A DNA stretch of 61,350 bases, filler included, from Rhabdomonas costata (lineage: Eukaryota), in the NCBI GenBank assembly GCA_019059605.1. It is 16 parts of 16 records of this genome, joined end to end, with 100 filler letters (N's around TTAATTAATTAA, not from the genome) between each part and the next. Parts side by side here need not be neighbours in the genome. Positions count along the whole stretch, not along the records: positions 49,943 to 53,677 come from JAHMHO010000565.1; positions 53,778 to 57,515 come from JAHMHO010000566.1; positions 57,616 to 61,350 come from JAHMHO010000567.1; 13 more parts are not named here. One strand, 5' to 3'. The first letter of the stretch is position 1; every line of letters starts with the position of its first letter. Below are positions 49,948 to 61,350 of the stretch, one piece after another. The position numbers and the translations under genes were made by a program. The notes beneath the pieces were generated by a model. That model saw nothing but the letters and a program-made list of their open reading frames with translations. It was not told the DNA's origin and made no database searches.

Positions 49948-52529
49948 GGCTGGGCACACGGCGGTTCAGCTGTGGAATGAAATGATCGTTTTCGGCGGCT
50001 GGGGCATCTTCGTTGTGGACGAAGATGCTGAACACCTATGGCCCCCGGCCTCATATCCAGGTTTTTCCATCCCCTTTTTCGAGTCGTAGGTATTGGGTCG
50101 TGAGACCGAGTGACTTTTTTCTGAATTGACGTACTGAGGTTTTTGCTGCCCTGTCATCGTGCGTGCTATCCCGCAAAAGTTTAAGAAAGACGGTCGCCGT
50201 GCAACCATTGCTCGTTGATTTGGTTTCTCAAAGTTCGTTGATTCGGGAAAAGGCCGTTCAATGCACGAGTCTATTTTCTCGGGATTATTTGGGTCAACCG
50301 AAAGAGTGATGAAATAAGCTTGTCTGCGTCTGCCAGGGCAGGGCGAAGACAACACCGAGGGTCTGGCTGAAAGGCGATGGCAGTGTTACGGTTGAGCCAT
50401 GATTGGAACGACCACCATTGGCCGCCCCGGGCAACATCCTTTTCCTTTGGGACTGGTGTCGTTAGTACGGGTTGGTTGCATGGATGTCTTGTGCACTGGG
50501 TCTTCTCGGAATGTGAGCCCGGAGGGAATTTCAATTTTTCTTGGAATAGTCATGCGCCAGGCTTTCGCGCCAGAATCAGACTTGCCATGTCCTCCCAAGA
50601 ATCCCATTAAGTGTTGCCATAAGGCGTGATCGGTGTACACAGGAAAAGAGCAGAAACAGCACCGCGACTTCACGTCGTTTCAACTCCTGCGCAACGACGC
50701 CGTGGCTCTGGATTGTCTGTCGTGGACCTGGAGCAGGCTGAGCCCCGCTCCAGGCTCTGCTGTTCCCTGCGCTCGGTGCGGCCACAGCGCATTCCTGTTC
50801 ATTCCGAGTGAGGAGTGCCGGGCAGCTCAGCCTGTGCTTTTTTCGGAACTGGCGACGATGGGCATCTTCGGAGGCCTTCATCTGGTTCATCGGAAAGCGG
50901 ACTGGTACTTCTCGGAGTACACCTCGCGGCCACAGACGCAGCTTTGTAAGATGGCTTTCCTGAACGACCTGTACTTTCTCCACCGAGATCCCAAAGGCAT
51001 GGAGAAGGACAAACGGATTAGCGTTTTTGTTTTCCTCGTGGAAACCGAATTTTCGCTTTCCCTTCCGTTTGTTATTTCAAGGTTTAAGTGCAGTCTGAAT
51101 GAGATGGTGAAGCCTTTCTGAAAGCCTGAGAAATCTGGTAGTGGGTCTGTCTCAAAGGAGGACGAGGTTCGAGCCAGGTGTTTTTGTTTTGTAGAAGTAA
51201 TCCAGTACGCGGGGCATCTTTTTATGCTGTGTTGTGTGGCTGTTGTGTTCTTTTGAAAGTTTTTCTTTTTTTAGGGGGACCCACGGTGCGATGGAACGGC
51301 CCTGTGGAGACGACGGGGGAGATTCCCGTGCCCCGGGCTGGGGCCGCCACGGTGACCTTCCGGGACTCCGTGCTGGTGCACGGGGGCTACGGCGAGCCCG
51401 ACCCAAACTGCAACCAGACGCAGCTGCTGGGCTCGGTGCACCAGCTGTGCCTGCGGACTCTGAGGTGGCGGGTGATTAAGGCGGACTGCGGCATCCCGTC
51501 CTCGATGACGTCGCGGTTCCTGCACTGTGCCTTTCTGCTTCCTCCTGCGGTGGCGGACCCATTGAAGTACCCCCCGCAGTGGGGTACTGTCTCCCGGGCC
51601 AGGGCTGCTCAGCCTCCACCCCAGCCGAGGTGTTTGCCTCTTTGTCTTGTAAGGAGAAGCAGTTGTGAATGACAACTGATGTAAGATGGATTGGATCGAA
51701 GTATGATGAGGAGTTTGGCTTCTGGTACACAGCGGACGCGATGCTTTCGAAAAGTCGGTTTTACGGAAATGGCGAAATCTGAAATCGCTTTTTTTTTACC
51801 AACTCAATAGCGGTGGTGACAGCATTGCCATTGCCTTCATAGCTTTCTCAGTTCCCGTTTTGTATGGGCGATCAAGTTCCAGAGCCAGGAGCGCCCACTC
51901 CACTGCCTCATTGCCGCATTGTGGTTGTCCCTGCTGCAAGTGCAAAAGTGGACTCAATAACGGCAGTCTTGCTTTATGCCGAGGGTGCCAGCGGACGTGG
52001 TCACTGCAAAGGTGTAAGGTGGCCAAAACTGTGGCGCACTATTGCGGCGCGCAACGCAATCCGCGCCACCGGATCAATGTGCGCAACGTTCGAAGAGTCC
52101 GTAGAAATGAAATATAAAAGGATTCCGTGCAGTCCGGAGGTAAACGTGGCTACGCGCTCAACCTGGCTGTTGCAGAGCGAGGAAGCTGTCAAAAAGTGGA
52201 CCTTCGAGAAGGACATCATGGCACTTTCTGCTGCCAAAATTGCGATTTTTTTTATCGTCTCAACGGTCTCTCGTTGCTAGTCTGTGACTGGTCCCTGTTT
52301 TTTTTTGCCAGGAAGGATTTTTTTTCTCAGAACTACGATCCAGTTGGTGTTCGTGGGTGGCTATGACCGCTGCGCTGACATTCGGCTGAAGGCCCGCTTT
52401 CAGTCCATCCAAGCGGCCAGTCAGAACGACTCCGAGGCGGGGTGGTTCCCCGGAGGCTTCCCCAAAGGCTTCACTCAGTTCACCAGCCCAGCCGCGCCGG
52501 TGATGCTTTCTCTCAAGACCCCCCCGGAG
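49948..52529 (+). CDS. Kelch-repeat beta-propeller protein; partial, 4 exons
   Basis: Motifs RAGHTAV...MIVFGGW, PCARCGHSA, GIFGG...FLNDLYFL, IPVPRAGAA...VLVHGGY, SRFLHCA and LVFVGGY. Exons 49948-~50059, 50643-50996, 51275-~51629 and 52331-52529. Confidence 0.9.
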
Positions 52530-53777
52530 GTATGTTTGGGCACATCCACGCGTGTGTGTGTATGTATGTGCAAAAAAGGCCAGAGTGGGCGATTCAATTG
52601 AATTTCACGCAGAGCGCGTGCGCACATGACCCTACTTATATATTGGGCGCAACCGTACCTTGGGTCCGGAAAATTTCACGAAGAACTTTCACTTAGTGCG
52701 CGTAGGCCAGATGGACATGATTCAATTGAACCCTCACACAGTGGGTGTGCGCATGGATGGTTGCGCGCATGGAACGCGAAAGTGAAGCCCGTTGCAAAAA
52801 TTCGTAATATGCTAATAAATAATGCAAATTTGGGAAACAAATTTCGGAAATAATTGTTATTTTCAGTTTTCTAGCTTCCTATTTATAGTTTCCTGATGTT
52901 TGCTCCGTATGAGTAGGACTTCTTCAAAGAGCAGCCACCTTTTGTTCACTGAGGGGATTATCGTTCCCCCCCCCCACTTTTCAACACACTCCCTTGCCTA
53001 TTGCACTCATTTTAGCTTGCTTCTGTTCTCCCAGGCAGGCAGTTCTTCATCTTGGCTTGGGTCCATAGTGTTTTCCGGGGGGGGGGGGTGCTCCGAATTC
53101 TCAGCCGCAGGCTTCCCCGCAGTCTCCATCGAAAGCCCTGTGGCCATGGCTGCAGTGGATGTCCTGCGTCCGGAAGCCGTGGGCTGTTAGCCATGACGGT
53201 AAGGCGATCGTCTCGGACTGCTCCGCCGCGAGGGCAGGAAGGTGTGCATGGCGGTTTTTTTTGAACTCCGCCCCTATTTTTCTTCAGAAAGCACCTCACT
53301 TTTCGGGCCGCTTCTCTCCGCGGCACAAAGGTCCACGAGAACGAGCATAAAGGTAGGGCTGAGTGCAGCGGCGAATTGAGCGGACGCAGCACCAATGAGA
53401 GCGGAAGTAATGTCGAAAATGAAGGAAACAGGGGAGTTGGATACCGCTCAGAACGCGCACAGCTCTCAGCATCCATGTTTTTTTTGGATGGATCTCCTTC
53501 CTCCCCGCGCCACGTTGGGCAGGATGAAGGCCCCTGCTCTTCCCCTACGCCCTCCCTTCCGCCGGCCAGGAACACATGAAGGAGGGTTCCGCATGAGGAC
53601 CAGAATCCTCCCTACGCCTTTACTTCGAAGACGCCAACCACCAAACACACCACCACAACACCAAACACACCCACCACNNNNNNNNNNNNNNNNNNNNNNN
53701 NNNNNNNNNNNNNNNNNNNNNTTAATTAATTAANNNNNNNNNNNNNNNNNNNNNNNNNNNNNNNNNNNNNNNNNNNN

Positions 53778-53905
53778 GTTGGGGTGTTGGGGCTCACTCC
53801 TTCCTTCCTCGCTCTTCTCTGTCTTTGCTTGATCTCCTTGACTGTCGGCGGCCTTGTTCTTTATGGGCTTCTTCGTCTCTGCCGTCGATCTCCTCCGGGA
53901 TCCTT
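53778..53905 (-). CDS. Possible charged low-complexity exon
   Basis: An AG acceptor followed by the open frame EGSRRRSTAETKKPIKNKAADSQGDQAKTEKSEEGRSEP up to the contig edge. No family recognised. Confidence 0.25.
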
Positions 53906-55741
53906 CTGAAAACAAACTCAGGCAAAACTACACCTACATGACTTCTCTCTCTCTTTTGTCACACCTACGTGATCTGGGCCGTGACAGTTGAGGTTACTGC
54001 GCAGCACATGTGAGAGGAAAAGAAACAGTGGGTTGTCCAGCCATAATTTGGAGGGAATGGGAAAGATGTAGCGATATCGATGGAATTTCGGGAGGAACTG
54101 GGTTTTTGTGTGTACCCCCTCTGACATTATGCCGTACTTTCCATCCCGCCCAAGTTCGTTTAAAACTACTACGGATAACTGCCGACGCGTTCCACAAATA
54201 TTGTATAGACATTTGGTGGTCACGACTTTAAACCTACTTTGTGTTCATCATCCAGTTTTTGAAACCTTTAAAGATCCAACGGCAAACACCGTCAAAAAAA
54301 CACAAACCACAGCACACCCAAAAACAGCACGATGGCTGTCCGAACCCTTGGGTTTTTGAGGCGGGCGTGCCTTTATGGAGTTGAACGTTCCACCGCTTTT
54401 GCGCGCCAGTGCTTTCAACAGGCCACGTCACAGCGTTTGAGGGGAGGGCCCAATGAGCTCTTTCACTCCTTACTCACTCCTTTCACTGCCTTACTGTGTG
54501 TGTGCGTATGCGTGTGTTCCTTTCAGTGAATTAACCAGACCTACAACGCGGGATATAACTACTGCAACCGCAACACTAGCAACGCCGACAGATCCTCCGC
54601 GCTGCTGCAATCATACCTGTGTGCCTGCACAATCAGCTGTGGGATGACCGTGGGACTGGGGGAGTTTGTGAAGCGGGCACACTCTTTGGCCCCTGCCGCA
54701 CGGGCCGTGGTGCAGCGCGCGGTACGGACTTTTTCGTTTCCGTGCCCCCCAGTTTGCGCCTGTCTTGTGATTCAGAAGACCTCATGAATTTTCAAGAAAG
54801 ACTTCCAGTGGTTGCAGACCGGGCGTCGACAAGGCAGCCAAATACTGGAGCAAAGTTAAAGAAAAAATGTGATCAGGTGCAGAGAAGTTGCTTCGAGAGA
54901 TGGGAGATTAGAGTTAGTGTCAAGTGAGCGAGTAAAGCCACCGCGTCCCAGTTACGTGAGCAAATTTGATACAATTCTGAAGCAATACTTTGTTTTTTTG
55001 TAATCCGCTGGATGTGTGCTGTGTTGTTCCGTGTGGGAGGGAGGGTGCGAGAGATTAGAAAATGGGTAAATTAATGGAAATTCAGAGAGAGAGAGAGCAA
55101 GGCATAAAAATGGGTAACATTTGGTCATATCTGCACAAAAAACGGTGGGATAACAGCTTTCCGACAACCACGTTCAGTTGTCTTGATTCTGGGTGCCTTT
55201 TTCAGAGCTCGTCATGTCGGAGCAACTGAACATAAAGACTGCAATTGAACATCTTTGGTTTTCTTGTTTCAAGTTATTTTGGAATTAGATTTCGGAGCAA
55301 CATGGCGGATTGTATTAGGCTTAGGTTTAATGAGCAAACTATAAACAGCGGCTTCGTTGCGCTAGTGACAAGTGTGAGTTTCTCCAGTGCAAATATTTTG
55401 ATGGTTTTCTGGGTTTTGGGAACTCGGATGTCATGTTGCCTGTCAGTGTACGAATGATTCACACACACATACTATGAAGTACCTAGGTATTAATTCAGAG
55501 AATCTGATGCAACCTCATTAGTTGTTTTGGAGGAAAACATTGGATCCAGTGGGGCCAGCGTCATCCCACTAATGGGAGCAATCCAAGGTCTCTCGCGACA
55601 CATGGTTTGTGCACAAAGTCCTTTCCGCCACCTCATTCTCCCCTTGTTTGCGCAGGTTGCGGCGACGCGTGGCGATCTCCTCGGTGTGTCTGCTGCTCCC
55701 AAACGTCACGCTGCACTACCTGCTCTTCTTTTGCCCCTCAG

Positions 55742-56371
55742 GGAATCCTGGCGAAGACCTGGATACAGGCAGCAAGGAACCACCTCGTTCTCCAACCCAT
55801 TGCGTTGCTGCTCTTTTACACCTTCTGGCTGAGCTTTCCCCCACTTTTTGCCTGCCCTCAACCACCATGTGATAGACGACCACTGCCATTCTTGTCGACG
55901 TTCTTTCACTTCGTGGTAGCTCAGCAAAGCAACGATCTATTGCTGTACATCTTCCACCGGGCCTTGCATGACATTCCTGGGCTTTACCACCGTTACCACA
56001 AGCTTCATCACACTTACGTGGGAACCGTGGGGTTCGCCGCGGAGTTTGCTCACCCCGTGGAGCAGGTTTTCGCGAACTACCTCCCCTCGATGGGGTACTG
56101 TTTCGTGTACAGCGGCAACATGGACGTGAGCATTTTCTTTGTCTGGTTGGGTTGGAGGTTGTGGCAGACCTATGAGGCACACAGTGGGTATGACTTCTCT
56201 GAGTCCCCGCCCGGGCGAATCGGCCTCTTGCATGGGGAGCGGGCGAGGTTCCATGATTGGCACCACAGTGACAACCGGGGCAACTACGGCAACAACTTCA
56301 TTTTTGACTATTTTCTGGGAACCATGGACTCTTTTGTGGTGATGTGCAAGTCCAAAGGCAAGCTTGTGTAA
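55742..56371 (+). CDS. Sterol C-4 methyl oxidase-like (ERG25/SMO; fatty acid hydroxylase superfamily); terminal exon
   Basis: Three His boxes (HRALH, HKLHH, HDWHH) plus AAEFAHPVE, YEAHSGYDF and GNYG...DYFLGT. In-frame acceptor ccctcag|GGA at 55742. Confidence 0.9.
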   Translation, partial: GILAKTWIQAARNHLVLQPIALLLFYTFWLSFPPLFACPQPPCDRRPLPFLSTFFHFVVAQQSNDLLLYIFHRALHDIPGLYHRYHKLHHTYVGTVGFAAEFAHPVEQVFANYLPSMGYCFVYSGNMDVSIFFVWLGWRLWQTYEAHSGYDFSESPPGRIGLLHGERARFHDWHHSDNRGNYGNNFIFDYFLGTMDSFVVMCKSKGKLV

Positions 56372-57615
56372 GGAGCTCCAACTGGACCTTCTGCGTGTGT
56401 CAAGGTCGGGGAGTGTTGCGTCCCCATTCTCCTGCCCATGGTTCCTTTTTCCTCTGCTAGTTTCCCCCACAACTCCATCATCAGTATATGTGTGGTCTGG
56501 CAGCAGTGCACTATGGCATTGAGAGCAAACTGTCAGAGGAAATGCTTTTTGTGGGATGTGGGGACACACTTCCTTTGGCTTTCCAGAGGTTATACCTGTC
56601 CCTTGATTTCGTTTTGTTCCAATGGTCCCTGAAATTGGGCAATCTCACCTCAAACGGTGACTTGTGCCCCCCCCCCATGCTCAACGCAGTGCAGTGTGCA
56701 ACGCTTGTGTGTGAACGCTTCCTGATGTCTGTTGATGATGTTCGGAATCTTCTTTGCGGGGTCGGTAGTCGGAGTGGGATTGTGGTTAATCCTGCCGGTT
56801 CTTCTCCCGTGCTCTCTGTTAGCACGGTCAGACGAACCTTGGCAAGACGTTCAAGTGGAAATTCCTTGTCAGACAGCCGTTTGTTGTTTTCCAGCAACAG
56901 AGTTGAAGGACAAAACACAGGAGGCAAAAAAGGCAACAGAGCGTGTTTTTCCAGGCTTTTCGAAAGTGTTTGAAAAAGCCCTTGAATTCTTGGTAGTCCG
57001 TGTGCGTCGGCTTTCTGGCGGCCGCCTTCGCTTCCCCAGCCGTGGAAGAGCTTCCTCCTTGTTCAAAGCTTTGCTTCGTCGCCTGCGGTTCCCGTCCGTG
57101 GACCACCTTTGCTTTCGGTGGTTCACCTGTCAACCCAGGGTTTTTACCCTTTGATTTTAGATACCCCATACCGTGTACGGTACTTTAAAAAACCCACCTC
57201 AAAAAACTTCTTCTCGGTAAGACCTGCAACTCCGTCACACCCACCGGTCGTTTCTCAAACTCCTCTAAAGGGGATTTAACCACCTTCGTTCCGCAACACG
57301 TTCGTCAAACTCCCCGGCCGAATTGCTGCGTCGCTTCTCGTACCTTACCTAACATCGAAGGGAACATGACCGCCTTCGCTTCAACCCGAAACACTCGGAA
57401 GGGGACTAAACCACCTTCCCCTTTACAACCGCGCTTGCTCGCGCACCTGGTGCTTCACACTGCTCCTGCGAACTCCGCCGCTGGGACTAATTCGTCGGGG
57501 GGGGGGCCTTCTGCCNNNNNNNNNNNNNNNNNNNNNNNNNNNNNNNNNNNNNNNNNNNNTTAATTAATTAANNNNNNNNNNNNNNNNNNNNNNNNNNNNN
57601 NNNNNNNNNNNNNNN

Positions 57616-60600
57616 GGTTGGTGGGTCAGCCGGGTTCACGGGGACCACCACCCCAGCGGAGTCCTCCAGCAAGGTGACGTTGAAGGCTCCCGTGAATATC
57701 GGCAGGGTGTTCTTGAAGGCAACATCCACCTGGATCGTGCCCACGGCCGGGGGGTAGCTCATGTTGGAGCGGTGGACCAGTCGCTCAGCAACGGAGTACT
57801 GGAAGGATGTGTAGCCACGGCCCCACCCGGAACCCGAACTTTGAAAGGACACCTCACAGCCGGGGTCAGCGACCAAAGTCCCTGGGCTGGTGATCGGAGA
57901 ACCGTCGGGGAACTGGTACAGCGCCCCTATGCGTGCGCGAAGCGACGCAAAAAATGGCGTGTCCTTTCCCAATGACCAACAAAGTTTTCAGCGCACCACG
58001 ACAAAGGCATCCCGTCCAATAAACATTAAAATGATAAGTTTACATCGTTGTATGCAAAAGGAACTGATGAAACCAATGACCGTAGCTCTGCAAAAAACCT
58101 CTCTTCTTCCCCTTCTCATGTATCCCCCCTGCCTCCCTTGTCCTATTGTCCACTTGTCCTGCCCTCTCCACTACCTCACCTTTCCCCTCCTTTCCCAACT
58201 GTCCTTACGATGCACCCAACCTCTTAATTTCTTGTCCACTGCCCCATCTTTGGTGGGATTTGCTCCTGCTCTCTTATAAGTTAATTTCTTTTCTGCACCT
58301 TTCTGACTAATCTACAGCTTCTGCTCTTATTTATGGGTGCCTTTTTTTGTGTGTGTGTCAGGGTTCTTTGTCTGCTCTGCTGTCCCCCTCTGCTGCCACA
58401 ATGCCCAGGCTTCCGCGATTGTAGTAAGGTAAGTGCTATTTTTTTTTGCGGGATGTGGTATTCGATTTGGTCAAAGGTTCTGGTTCAATCAAAATGAATA
58501 TATGCATTGCGCGGGGCACAGGAGTGGGTTTATCTTCATTGCCATGCAGCAGCTAACCATATTGCGAGGGCCCGTTAGGGAACTCGATGTACGCCGGACC
58601 CTAAGAAAAAATCACCTTTGGAAACGCGGAACCGTCGGTAGCTAGTGTCTGGGTTATCGGCAAATTCCTTCTCAGATCCCCACTGCAATCTGTGGCGCAC
58701 CTTGAAGGGGCAGTTCCGTAATCACACAGGTGACAATGTCCCCATCTGTGTCCCCACGAGGGAGCTGAAAGGAGGTCAGTTCCTGCGAAAGAGCTGTAAC
58801 CGTTGTCCCCGGCGCGGTGGGGGCGTGGTCCGCTCGAAGGAAAACCTGTCCCTGGGCGCCCACAGCAACATATAATGGTGTGGAAAAGCAAATTGGCTCC
58901 TTGCTATAGGGGAGGGGGTCATTTGGTGAGCCTCGGAAGCGGCGTGAAATTCACGTGCATCGGTCAGTATCCCCCGCCCCGTTAGAGTAGCAAACGCAAC
59001 TCAAGAAAACAGGAATTCTTGATATATGTGTAAACTTGCAAATCGTTTGGGTTGTGACGCTCGACAGCTTCCTGGAACCCGCCTCCTCACTGCTCATATT
59101 CTTCCATCCCAGAGCAATGTGTGCGGCACTCAATTGCTTGCCCAGGGAACAAAACGCAAAAGCATTCGGTTACAGGGGTTCCGCTACAGTACCAAAGTGT
59201 ACCTTCTTCTCCACAACCCTCGCACTACACACGGGGCCACATCATCTCTCCTCACTAGGTGATTCAGTGGCGAAGAGGGAACGAAAAAGAACGGCAAACT
59301 CTTTCCTCTTTCACGGGAACAAAAGGCATAATGCGAATTGCGCAAGGAGCCAGAAGTTATGTCACTGAAATTTGCAGCACTACAAAAGCTGCCATCTTCG
59401 TGCGTAGGGTGGAGACACGACATACCGTCGCAATGCTGCCGCCATCCATAATGGCTGTGTAAGTGAAGACATCAGCAGTAAAGTTTTGGGGATGGCTTTC
59501 GTAAAGCAAAGTCGTGTTTGCAGGAACAACGGTGCTGGTNNNNNNNNNNNNNNNNNNNNNNNNNNNNNNNNNNNNNNNNNNNNNNNNNNNNNNNNNNNNN
59601 NNNNNNNNNNNNNNNNNNNNNNNNNNNNNNNNNNNNNNNNNNNNNNNNNNNNNNNNNNNNNNNNNNNNNNNNNNNNNNNNNNNNNNNNNNNNNNNNNNNN
59701 NNNNNNNNNNNNNNNNNNNNNNNNNNNNNNNNNNNNNNNNNNNNNNNNNNNNNNNNNNNNNNNNNNNNNNNNNNNNNNNNNNNNNNNNNNNNNNNNNNNN
59801 NNNNNNNNNNNNNNNNNNNNNNNNNNNNNNNNNNNNNNNNNNNNNNNNNNNNNNNNNNNNNNNNNNNNNNNNNNNNNNNNNNNNNNNNNNNNNNNNNNNN
59901 NNNNNNNNNNNNNNNNNNNNNNNNNNNNNNNNNNNNNNNNNNNNNNNNNNNNNNNNNNNNNNNNNNNNNNNNNNNNNNNNNNNNNNNNNNNNNNNNNNNN
60001 NNNNNNNNNNNNNNNNNNNNNNNNNNNNNNNNNNNNNNNNNNNNNNNNNNNNNNNNNNNNNNNNNNNNNNNNNNNNNNNNNNNNNNNNNNNNNNNNNNNN
60101 NNNNNNNNNNNNNNNNNNNNNNNNNNNNNNNNNNNNNNNNNNNNNNNNNNNNNNNNNNNNNNNNNNNNNNNNNNNNNGACAGGGACCGGCGAGGACAGTT
60201 AGGATATACTAACCAGAAAACCGAAGAGGGATTACAATAGCATTCGCTCAAGCGGAAGAAAGGATGAAACGAAAACCAGAAACAAAAGCACAGATAGCAG
60301 AGGAACGGTCCCCCATTGCCGCAGAAACAGCAAAAGAAATCCAGTAGCACACCGGCGGTGCAAGTTGGCCCGGATCGTCTCATGAGGTACTGTGGTATTC
60401 CATAGCCTCACTTCATCAACAAACCTGCAATTAAAACGAGGCAAGAGGCAATACGCCGGCTGTAACATAAAGGCAAGCCAAAATAGCTTCGGTGAAAAGG
60501 CATCACATCAGCGTTCTTTAGTATGAACGTGGGGCAGGGAGTGAAGATGTCAGCAATCCGCCGATCCCAAACGACAAAGCCCGAAAGCTGTCTCAGCACA

Positions 60601-61003
60601 AAAGAAAAATCAGCAGGGCCATCAGTCCACAAGTGTCTGGGGTTGCAAGGGAAAAGCAACATTTCTCCAGATGAGTTGCATTTGCCATCCGTTTGACTGG
60701 GTGACTCCCACCTTACTCCTCAGAGTACCTCAGCAATGCAGACTCTCTCTATCCTCGTGCAAATCCTTCCAGATTTCGCGGGAATCACTATTCCGTTGCG
60801 ATCATGAGAAAACGCTAGGGATACCCATCAAGAGAGATCGAGAGATTAGCAAAACAGCGCACCCGAAGAAGCTCAGGCTTGAGCTGGTACGCAACGTAGC
60901 GGCATCCCAACTCAAAGGGTACTTAGATACCACGAAAAATGCACTGCCAGGAAATGGTGGTGCGGTCCAGTTGTGCTGCGCGACAAGCTCCCCATTGACA
61001 TAG
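57616..61003 (-). CDS. Large surface or secreted protein with LamG/ConA-like and bacterial Ig/cadherin-like repeats; partial
   Basis: LamG pattern in exons near 61003 (YVNGELVAQ) and 60424-60353 (FVDEVRLWNT...ETI). Ig-like pattern in exons 58845-58701 (GDTDGDIVTCVITELPLQG) and 57926-57616 (ALYQ...TSFQYSV...TIQVDV..KNTLP...VTLLEDS). That all exons belong to one gene is inferred across an N-gap. Confidence 0.75.
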
Positions 61004-61350
61004 CTGAGCGGGAGGAAGGAATCAAAGTTAGGATCACAAACTTCCCCGAGTGCTTTTAACTTTGGCGAAAGTGGAAGGGAAAGGAATGACAGTGGACAAA
61101 GGTGTCCCGCCTTCCTCCCTGTCTCCCTTCCTCCGTAGCCCAACCTACAAGCACCCTACCAGTGCACTCAGTGATGGTTACTCTCGGAAATTTCAGAAAT
61201 CATCAGGATGTTTTTTGTGGGAAAATAGATTTACCATAATAGTTCGTCAAATGAAGGTATCTGGTGGATCTTCATCATATTGGCCAAACCACCTCAGAGT
61301 ATCACAACCGAAAAAGCAAGCAGTATCTGAATCAGGCATTACCACACACA

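Noticed and set aside
51860-52250. PIF1/Helitron-like fragment (GLNNGS) in a Kelch intron
   Set aside because: One short motif only.
59472-60383. Long ORFs in the track
   Set aside because: They run through the N-gap and are artefacts.

Overview
This is not one locus. It is 16 unrelated eukaryotic contigs of about 3.7 kb, joined by 15 artificial 100-nt linkers (N-runs around TTAATTAATTAA), so nothing can be inferred across linkers. Most contigs start with a G/T-only run and end with an A/C-only run, which suggests whole-genome amplification with G/T primers. The DNA is intron-rich nuclear sequence, most consistent with a euglenozoan, probably a euglenid. This is inferred from GTGYG/GTATG splice donors, pyrimidine tract + AG just upstream of ATGs, and kinetoplastid-like mtHsp70 and DJ-1. 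Partial genes assembled by eye: histidine kinase (HisKA), fucosyltransferase-like glycosyltransferase, Sec23, coiled-coil protein, TMEM184/OST-alpha, mitochondrial Hsp70, PARP catalytic domain, DJ-1/PfpI, DUF506-like protein, diflavin-reductase flavodoxin exon, U2AF large-subunit-like RRM protein, CEP95-like protein, Kelch protein, sterol methyl oxidase-like protein and a LamG + Ig-like protein. There are also two decayed Ty3/gypsy copies and a CRE-like non-LTR RT. The most interesting signal is splicing. One mtHsp70 junction has no usable AG. It is best explained by a GT-AG intron, a 1-nt exon, and then a non-GT-AG intron whose ends base-pair. Several other junctions appear to need GC or GA donors. 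All protein calls rest on motif recognition by eye; no searches were run.
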